Source of the DNA: Octopus sinensis
Taxonomy: Eukaryota
DNA length: 16,985 nucleotides
Assembly (NCBI RefSeq): GCF_006345805.1
Contig: NW_021825032.1
Location: 1-16,985 of the forward strand
Direction of reading: 5' to 3'
Numbering within the stretch: the first letter of the stretch is position 1; every line of letters starts with the position of its first letter. The notes beneath the pieces are model-generated. The model did not search any database, was not told the origin of the DNA, and saw only the letters and a list, made by a program, of their open reading frames with translations. Shown here piece after piece: positions 9,404 to 16,985 of the stretch. The position numbers were made by a program, and so were the translations under genes.

Positions 9404-9509
9404 ATCACCTGAGGAAACACAACTAGATCTCATTATGCAAAGAAACAGTTGCATAATCAACTACCTTTATTTTTGGAGTTCTACGTTGTGTGGAAACAGT
9501 TGTAGTGAT
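9404..9509 (+). ncRNA. Type-I hammerhead ribozyme motif HHR4 with enlarged stem II
   Basis: AUCAC-CUGAGGA-AACACAAC...GUUGUGUG-GAAA-C(AGUU)G-UA|GUGAU. Stem I is a perfect 5 bp, stem II is 7 bp after an A-G mismatch, and there is an inner perfect 9-bp hairpin (9432-9440/9449-9457). Predicted cleavage is at 9504/9505. Confidence 0.72.
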
Positions 9510-9611
9510 TAAAAAATAACTGTCCAACCGTACTCCTTCTTGTTGACCCCGATTTCTTCAGTTCTATATTCACACGCGACAAATGCCCAAACTTGAACCT
9601 GGAACTATATA

Positions 9612-9775
9612 ATGACCGAAGGGGGTCTTTACCTTTTACTTTATGTACAATCACTGGTGTGGAGAGGAGAGGCTGGTATGCATGGGCTACTGCTGATCTT
9701 CCATAAAACAACGTGCTTCGAAGGGTAACTTTCTAGGTGCAATCCCATGGTCACTCATGACCAAATTGGGTCTTT
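9612..9775 (+). mobile_element. SINE family B 3' fragments (tail 9612-9641, then 3' half 9651-9775)
   Basis: AGGGTAACTTTCTAGGTGCAATCCCATGGTCACTCATGACC matches 4907-4947. The tail ATGACCGAAGGGGGTCTTTA precedes it. Confidence 0.75.
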
Positions 9776-9807
9776 ATGGGGACGTAATCTTTTGAATTTT
9801 ACTTATG

Positions 9808-10250
9808 TCAGTCACTGGACTGTGGCCATGCTGGGACACCACTTTGAAGGGTTTTTAGTTAAAGAAATTGGTGCCTATTTTTTAAAGTCTAATATTTATT
9901 CTTAGCGTCTCTTTTTCGGAACCGCTAAGTTACAGGGATGTAGATAAACTGACATCGGTTATCAAGCAGTGGGCGGGGTGGACAGAAACATGCACAAAGA
10001 GACACAACCACATGCACATGCATACACACACACACACACACATACATACACGCACCCACGCGCGCACGCATAAATACATACATGCATGCATGTATATATG
10101 ACGGGCTTCCACACAGTTTTCGTCACTTACAAGGCATTAGAATTGGTAAGCTGGCGGCTAAAGTTGGAGATATTTACCCAAAGTATCACTCCATGGGTCT
10201 GAATCCGAAATCAAATGGTTGTAAATCGACCTTCTTAATACAGCCAAAAC
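9808..10250 (-). mobile_element. SINE family A-related, older diverged copy
   Basis: TCAGTCACTGGACTGTGGCCATGCTGG, GAACCGCTAAGTTAC and GACGGGCTTC align colinearly with 86-300. The head region is heavily decayed. Confidence 0.75.
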
Positions 10251-10305
10251 TTTCCCCGATGTGTTGGGCATGGCTAGAACATCTTTGCTCATAAGTATAC
10301 AACAA

Positions 10306-10703
10306 GTCGAGCTGGCAGAAACGTTAGCACGCCAGCGGTACTTCGTCTGCCACTGAGTTCTGAATTCAAATTCCGCCGAGGTCGACTTTGCCTTTCATCC
10401 TTTCGGGGTCGATTAAATAAGTACCAGTTACGCACTGGGGACGATATAATCGACTTAATCCATTTGCCTGTCCTTGTTTATCCTCTCTGTGTTTAGCCCC
10501 TTGTGAGTAGTAAAGAAACAGGTATTTCATCTGCCGCTACCTTCTGGGTTCAAATTCCGATGCGGTCGATTTTGCTTTTCATCCTTTCGGAGTCGATTAA
10601 ATAAGTACCAGTTTCGCACTGGGGTCGATATAATCGACTTAATCCGTTTGTTTGTCCTTGTTTGTCCTCCCTGTGCTTAGCCCCTTGTGGGTAGTAAAGA
10701 AAA
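10306..10703 (+). mobile_element. SINE family C, head-to-tail dimer (10306-10520 plus 10521-10703)
   Basis: GAGCTGGCAGAAACGTTAGC (box A-like), GAATTCAAATTCC (box B) and a central GCCTTTCATCCTTTCGGGGTCGAT..AATAAGTACCAG domain (resembles the Meta/MESC SINE domain, recalled rather than searched). The second unit restarts at GGTATTTC. Confidence 0.85.
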
Positions 10704-10839
10704 TATATATACAAAAACATCACAACACAAACGCACACATGTAGATTCACGAGCATGCGCATGAATGCCACTATTTGTTGCTAATCTCTTCTCTCACTGC
10801 CAATGATAATCTCCTCACTAAGAACACAAGAACTCTCGA

Positions 10840-11190
10840 CACTCGAAAGTCATTCACCACCATCATCCCCCACCGCCCTGCACCACCACAAAACCCATCC
10901 TCAACCGCCATCTTTAACACATATCGGTTCTCACCAGCACCATCTCCATCAACATGACCATCACCACTGAAAACAAATCGTACATCTATAGCAACAGATA
11001 CAATCATATGGTCAGGACTATTTCTTAGCTTCATTATGCAGCGCCAGTATCACCCGCCAACACCCAAACCCCATCAATATCGTCAATAGCACCATTGTAC
11101 ATGAATATCGCTAGGATCAGGCTCTGCCACCAACACCACTACCACCACTGTCACTACACTGCACCGCATTCACCCTCGTCATACCCACCT
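10840..11190. repeat. Degenerate (CAC/CAT)-rich low-complexity tract
   Basis: Repeated CACCAC/CATCAC words with a strong C/A strand skew. Confidence 0.55.
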
Positions 11191-11289
11191 CACACACTCG
11201 TAAACTACACCAAAATATTTCGGAGAAGTTTCTCCCTTCTCTCTCCCCATAAATGTATTTAGGTTTGTTGTGAGTGTGTGTATTGGCGT

Positions 11290-11308
11290 ACATACACACA
11301 AACATATA

Positions 11309-11407
<99 letters not shown>

Positions 11408-11414
11408 TATATAA

Positions 11415-11455
<41 letters not shown>

Positions 11456-11640
11456 TACATTCACAAATATACACATATTCATTACATGCATGCATGTTTT
11501 TATGTATATAGATATGCATCTGTGTATATGTATGCATGTAAGTGTATATGTTTTGTACGAATGTACGTAATTATGTATGCGTGTATGTATGTATGTATAT
11601 GTATGTGTATATGTTTGTATGTATGTAATTATGCATGCAT
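11290..11640. repeat. (TA)n/(TATG)n compound microsatellite
   Basis: Direct reading. Confidence 0.95.
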
Positions 11641-12319
11641 TTATGTATGTACGTGAGTATGTCTATCCTTGACAACTGACAAATAAAGCCCCACCTATTT
11701 TTAATTAGACAGGAAAAAATGAAACTCCATTGGAACTGGGGCAGAAAAACCTTTCATAGTCGTCACCTAGTTTGTTCATTGTGTGTTTGGTCAGGTCAAA
11801 CAGGGGATAGGATACAATTAACCCAAATATTTCGTGTCCGGGGTGCGACATAAATATCTCAGAGAGCAGGACGATAGGAACGGCAGCGACTCGGATACAA
11901 ATGCCAGCCAACCGAGCCAAATAAAAAGGGGCGAGAGGGAGAGGAAAGAAGGGAGAAAAATAGGGGGTATAGAGAGATAGTGAGAGAGGAGTGATAGATA
12001 GAATGATAGAGGGAGAAAGAGAGAGGACGATGACAACGTGGTCATCCGACATTTAATGTTTTGTAATTTCATATCACAAATTGTTAACAATAGCGTCGTT
12101 GTTCACAGGTTCCCAATAGCCTAAAAGCCAAATATTTTAATGCATTTGGGACGACAATAATAACAATGAGGTGTCTGTAAGTTGGTGTGAAGCTAATATC
12201 TAGGAACTTTATTAGTAAAGCATCAAGTTTTCTATTACTATTATTATTTGTTTTATTATTACTTTGTTTTATACGAAGTTTTTCGAATATTTACTCAGAG
12301 ACCTAAAGTAACAAGTTGG

Positions 12320-12621
12320 ACGGTTTACTATGGGCGTTATTTATGATTAGCAATGATATATTGTATGGAAAGAAGACCAGAAACTGAGAACTAGACTCTT
12401 AAATTTGTAATATTACAGTTTTTGAAACAGTTTTAAGAGAATCGTGTCTTTTTCATGTTGATAATGTTGCACGGTTTACTATGGGCGTTATTTATGATCA
12501 GCAATGATATATTGTCAGGAAAGAAGACCAGAAGCTGAGAACTAAGATTCTGTTAAATTTGTAATATTTCAAATTTTGAAGCAGTTTTAAGAAAATCAGG
12601 TCTTTTCATGTTGACAATGTT
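12320..12621. repeat. 151-bp tandem duplication in the LINE 3' UTR
   Basis: ACGGTTTACTATGGGCGTTATTTATGAT starts at 12320 and at 12471. Both units end in CATGTTGAYAATGTT. Confidence 0.92.
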
Positions 12622-12632
12622 TTTCTTGGGAT

Positions 12633-12851
12633 AAGGCGGTGAGCTTGCAGAATCGTTAACACGCCCAGCAAAATGCTTAGCGGCATTTCGTCTGTCTTAC
12701 AATCCAAGTTCATATTCCGCCGAGGTCAGATTTGTCTTTCATTCTTTCGGGTTTCGATAAAATAAGTACCAGTTGAACACTGGTGTCGATATAATAAACT
12801 TACCCCCACCCCTTAAAATTGCTGGCCTAGTGCCCAAATTTGAAATTGATA
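12633..12851 (+). mobile_element. SINE family C variant inserted in the LINE stop-codon region with a 13-bp TSD
   Basis: The head AAGGCGGTGAGCTTGCAGAATCGTTAAC and the central domain match family C, but the 3' end differs. An exact TTTTTCTTGGGAT occurs at 12620-12632 and 12852-12864. Confidence 0.88.
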
Positions 12852-13152
12852 TTTTTCTTGGGATGTGGGCTGTTACCACGAGAATAATTTTTTGTAGTTC
12901 TGATAATTTGCGTTTACCTTGTACTTGTACTGATACTTTGGGGTTTCTTTTTATTTGACTATAGTATTTCAGTGCGCCATTTTACATTGGTTCCCACAGC
13001 TCCGATGATCACGGGCATGGTTTTTGAACTGTGATGTCACATTTTTGGGATCTATTTCAAGATCGTTATATTTACTTAACTTTCCAAGTGTTTTAGCAGA
13101 AGTGTTGCAGACTTCTGGAATTGACATGTCTATGAGCAAATATGTTTTGTCG

Positions 13153-13188
<36 letters not shown>
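13153..13188. repeat. (TG)n microsatellite inside the LINE endonuclease domain
   Basis: Sits between the QANR and DKTYLLIDMS coding relics. Confidence 0.9.
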
Positions 13189-13190
<2 letters not shown>

Positions 13191-13486
13191 AGCTATCCTA
13201 TTGGCTTGAATAGCACGATCAGTTTAAATAGCAAAGTCCTAAAGAGCGGTGATATTTTTTTTTTCTACTATTTAGGTAGTTTTGTCTTCCCACCAATTCT
13301 CATATTGAAGTCCAGACTTCCGGTATACGAGCAAATACCAGCCAAATCTAATCATTACGATTAATATATTCATTTGAGGCGAATATAGAACATCCAGAGA
13401 TGAGGGGACGATTATATCTCTGGCTGCACCACAAAAACAGCAGGCAGGATGAGAACCATATTAAAGAGTGTTCGGGCAGTAGATTC

Positions 13487-13811
13487 GGCGAGCTGGCAGA
13501 AATGTTTGCACGCCGGGCGAAATGCTTTGCGGTATTTCGTCTGCCGCTACGTTCTGAGTTCAAATTCCGCTGAGATCGACTTTGCCTTTCATTCTTTCGG
13601 GGTCGATAAATTAAGTACCAGTTACGCACTGGAGTCAATGTAATCGACTTAATACCTATGTCTATCCTTGTTTGTCCCCTCTATGTTTAGCCCCTTGTGG
13701 GTAATAAAGAAATAGGTATTTCGTCTGCAGTTACGTTCTGAGTTCAAATTCCGCCGAGGTAGACTTTGCTTTTGATCCTTTCGGGGTCGATATAATCGAC
13801 TTAATCCGTTT
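13487..13811 (+). mobile_element. SINE family C dimer (13487-13714 plus 13715-13811), with the second unit internally deleted and truncated
   Basis: Same sequence and same AAAGAAAYA|GGTATTTC junction as 10306-10703. No TSD was found. Confidence 0.88.
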
Positions 13812-15446
13812 GATTGATTTGTGTATCGTATACTCTGCACCAATGTTTCGTACCATTCAACAACATACTTAAGTGAATGAGAGCCACGCAAAAGAGTCCT
13901 GGGGTCGAGAAACACCATGAAATTACCGTAGTTTGTGTGTTCAGTAATGATGGATGTTAGTAATTCATACAAGGTCGTAAAACCTAATTGATCGGTTGTT
14001 TTAGTCATTTTTGAGAACTAATTTACTTCCTTTAACAGCCAAGGTGGGATTTTTTGGAGATCATACATGGTGCTGTTGGAGAAGTGAATCAGTTTCCCAT
14101 GAGATTCAAATAAGTTATTTAACCAAAAGCTAGAGATTTTATCTTTCCTAGGTAATTTCCATTTGCTGGATTTTTTTCACTGTAGTCCTAAGATCTTCAG
14201 CAGAGATATCTTCCCATATTTACTCATTAATATGTTCAGAGACTCTGACTTGTAGATGGATCCGAGGAGAATCTCTATTGTTTACTTAAGGGTGCCACCA
14301 CATCAATGTCCAAAGCTGTTGAATTTCTTCCTTGCTAAGTTTGGTCTTAATAGTTACATTAGCTTTTGCAATTTTTCTATAAAAACTTTTAAGATTCTTC
14401 CGAAATATATTGTTATCCTCGAAAAACTTTGCTCTCTTCTCAAGTCTCCTTATCCATGCTGCTTTGGCTTGGATAATTTGCATGATTTTTTCCAAATGCT
14501 TCATCGATTTCGCTTATTATTTTATACTTCATATTCTCTTTTCAGCTTCTTTTGATTTTTTAACATGTTTTTGATCTTCATGTTCTTGAGTATTTCAATA
14601 TCAGATCTGAGTGCACTAATTTTATTTCTAATTTCCTCTTGCTACGGTGGTTTCCTGTTTATTTGTTCAATCTTTCTCTCTACTTGAATACCACACAGTG
14701 CAGTAGTCATTGAAACTTCAACATAAAGCAGATTATTCAGCGAGGTGAGATCTACTTCATTTTTACTTCAGATGGATTTTGTAACTGCATTTACCTTACC
14801 TAATTAATCTAGCATTTTGTTTGAATTTCGAATCTTGGGAAGATTATTTCGGTCTCTCAATTCGGTGTGTTTCACTTTCAGCCACGCTAATAGAATTTTT
14901 GTTTTAATTGCCAAATTGCCAATTTAGTGTCTGTGTTTCCATCTCACCCTCAGCTACATCAGCGTCAGGGCAATTTCACCGATTACTTTGCTTTAGGTAT
15001 TTTTCGCACCAGGTTCTACTCCCCAGTAATGGGATGTTTTGTATCATTATTTGCATTCATATTTGTTCACTATCGGCCTGAACATATAACTGAATTTGTT
15101 GGATATCCAGTTCAGTCAGCAGCCTTTCTTTATGATGTTCCTACGAACATTAGCTAATATATTACTATCTATTGGTATGGGGGAGGGGTTTCCCCACCAA
15201 TTTAAGTATATTTGTTCTGAATTTGATCTCCCAGTTGGAAAGTATATTGCAGTATAATACGCCTCCTGAACATCCATATTATCTTCCCTAGAGCATTTTT
15301 GTCATGTTTTAGCTGCACCATATGAAGATGATGTGATTGGCTATTATTTGGTAATTCTGAACAGATCATATAAACCTATAACTATATCTAAAATACAGTC
15401 AACAACATTGACTGATTCGCTTCAGCAGACTGTCAGGGCGTGGAAA

Positions 15447-15838
15447 TTACTGAAATATTGGCACTAAGCAGTGTTTAGACCTAAGCAAAGTTTACGTTAG
15501 TTAAAATACGATTGTGGTATATTTCAACTGCTAAAAAGCAAATTCACGGCAGTTACTGTAAAGAGAATTTCCTCTTATGGTAAAAATGTATTTTCTCTTA
15601 TGGTAAAAGGTATTTCCCATTAATAAAAGCTAAGGCGCTAGAAACATCGATGTCTGAGAATCCTGACAGATGGCGACACTAAACAGATATGGCGTTTTTA
15701 CGTCTTTTACCATAATAGAAAATTTTCTCTGCAGTAACTGTAGTGAATTAGCGATTTATCAATTGTAATATGTCACAAACATATTTTAACTAAATATTGC
15801 TTGCGCCTAAACACTGCTTTGCGCTAATATTTCGGTTA
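15447..15838. mobile_element. MITE-like element with ~135-bp imperfect terminal inverted repeats
   Basis: 15447-15585 pairs with 15705-15838 (e.g. GAAATATTGGCACTAAGCAGTGTTTAG vs the rc GAAATATTAGCGCAAAGCAGTGTTTAG). The inner 48 nt are 40/48 identical. No clear TSD. Confidence 0.8.
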
Positions 15839-16239
15839 TATATATGCATGCAGATATGGGTACAGGACGTCACCGACGGTGCAAATAGCAAGAAATACGT
15901 AAACAATGAGAGGAAAATGGAAAGCAAGACAAGCAAACATGGAGAAAGGACTCTTCATCAGTTGTCGGCGGTCTATCTACTCCTCATTTCGAGCATTCAA
16001 TGACAATATGTGTTTTCAAAGACAGTTGTTCCCATGAATTCTAAAATAAAATTTAAGATTTATGGAGGGTCAAAATTGGGGACAAAAAAAATGACAGTCA
16101 AGACATACAAGGAAACCGAACGAAAACAAACATGGAGGGTCGTTAGACCAGAACGAGAGTAAAATAGTGAACGCTGGGAGAAACATTTTTTGTTTGAAAA
16201 TAGAAAAGGTAGAAGTGAGAGAGGAAACCACGTCCGTTC

Positions 16240-16432
16240 TTTTAAACTTCCGTGCAGGAAAGAAAGATGGTCAGGTGAGGTAAAGGAAGATGGACAATGG
16301 TCACGAATGAAAAACGAGAGAGAGAAAAAAGAGAAAGAGGGCTTGAGAGAAAAAGAGACAGACAGGTTGAACACGGTGAGGGAGGGAGGGAGGGAGAGAA
16401 AAAGGTGATTAGAAGAGGAAGGAGGAAGAAAC
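16240..16432. repeat. Polypurine (GA-rich) low-complexity tract
   Basis: Direct reading. Confidence 0.7.
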
Positions 16433-16450
16433 CAGTACCTCCTTCCTTGG

Positions 16451-16483
16451 CAAGCTTCTTATCACACAGCCACTCCTGCGCCT
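16451..16483 (-). mobile_element. SINE family A, 5'-terminal 33-nt fragment
   Basis: CACACAGCCACTCCTGCGCCT is identical to 434-454. Confidence 0.75.
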
Positions 16484-16657
16484 ATTATATATATATATAT
16501 ATATATATTAGAGGGAAACCACTATGTGGACACCCATATGCTAGAAATAGATCCGCTACGGTCTCACCACTAAGAAATGCTCTCAAGAAAAATTGAGCAA
16601 AACAACCAAAACGTAATCGGGCAAGACAAAAGAAAAAGTAATAAAAATATGGATTAT

Positions 16658-16728
16658 TCGTATACATGTTTCACTATCAATAATTACGTAATCTTACATA
16701 CGTAATTGTCCGTAGATCATCGGTACGA
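16658..16728 (-). ncRNA. Type-I hammerhead ribozyme motif HHR5
   Basis: The minus strand reads UCGUA-CCGAUGA-UCUA...UAGU-GAAA-C(AU)G-UA|UACGA. Stem I is a perfect 5 bp, stem III is the palindrome ACAUGU, and there is an inner perfect 9-bp hairpin (16682-16690/16699-16707). The base of stem II is weak (U-U, then 3 bp). Confidence 0.62.
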
Positions 16729-16985
16729 CCGACCAAAGTGAATGTAATATGCAGGACTGCATACTAGGACGTCGACACTAAGTCAGACTTGTAAAACAGT
16801 CCTACCCATTACACTCGTGGCTACTATTTCAAATGTCCTCGTTTTGGCGCGCTAAATTACCGGAAAAACTGATGCTGCAAATAATACTACAGCGGCCTTT
16901 GTCGGTTTGAGAACTTATTCATTTAATTTTAAATTTAAAACACGGGCGAGAAATTAGATATTGGTTTAGATTTTTTATGCTAGAC

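Larger units (their letters stand above)
12232..15310 (-). mobile_element. Decayed non-LTR retrotransposon with restriction-like endonuclease (R4/Dong-like), RT core deleted
   Basis: Minus-strand translation across stops and frameshifts gives, in order: N-terminal CSREDNMDVQEAYY...ILANVRRNIIRK (~15300-15125); QAKAAWIRRLEKR...NLKSFYRKI (14286-14504); PRKDKISSFWLNNL...PPWL and TLYELLTSIITE (start of RT, ~14150-13940); zinc-knuckle relic CCFCG...LISGCSIFASNEYINRND (~13445-13350); RLE ENWWE...L*DFAI*TDRAIQANR (~13295-13197); LLIDMSIP...KLSKYNDLEI, MPVIIGAVG and LSELQKIIL..TAHIPRK (13150-12852); then a 3' UTR ending in a degenerate (TAA)n at ~12232-12262. Confidence 0.85.

Noticed and set aside
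11705-12090. 115-aa and 90-aa minus-strand ORFs
   Set aside because: They are largely encoded by the polypurine tract, giving S/L/P-rich low complexity with no domain signature.
12320-12621. Apparent mariner-like words (GVIY...LFHVDN) on the plus strand of the tandem repeat
   Set aside because: The region is better explained as the minus-strand LINE 3' UTR, continuous across the SINE TSD and ending in a (TAA)n tail.
15630-15680. GAAACATCGATGTC followed by CTGACAGA (type-II hammerhead-like order) in the MITE core
   Set aside because: The core has an extra base and stem I cannot form.
1-16985. CRISPR array, operon or prokaryotic-type system
   Set aside because: There are no regularly spaced repeats with unique spacers, and the window is eukaryotic repeat-rich DNA.

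Overview
This is an AT-rich, microsatellite-laden non-coding eukaryotic window. The SINE families look like those of Octopus (coleoid cephalopod); this assignment is by recognition, not by search. No host exon could be supported. Contents: about 11 tRNA-derived SINE copies or fragments from three families; a 3'-truncated mariner transposase ORF (6164-7015) that ends in a 28-bp hairpin; a decayed RLE-type (R4/Dong-like) LINE on the minus strand (~12232-15310) whose RT core is replaced by a SINE dimer; and a ~390-bp MITE. The main finding is five different type-I minimal hammerhead-ribozyme-like motifs read directly from the sequence: 2249-2292 (-), 5411-5535 (-), 7731-7814 (+), 9404-9509 (+) and 16658-16728 (-). 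All have a self-complementary mini stem III. Four have a GUA cleavage triplet and an enlarged, internally structured stem II. Two share a CCGANGA (U4C) core variant. All folds and alignments were done by eye, and activity is untested.
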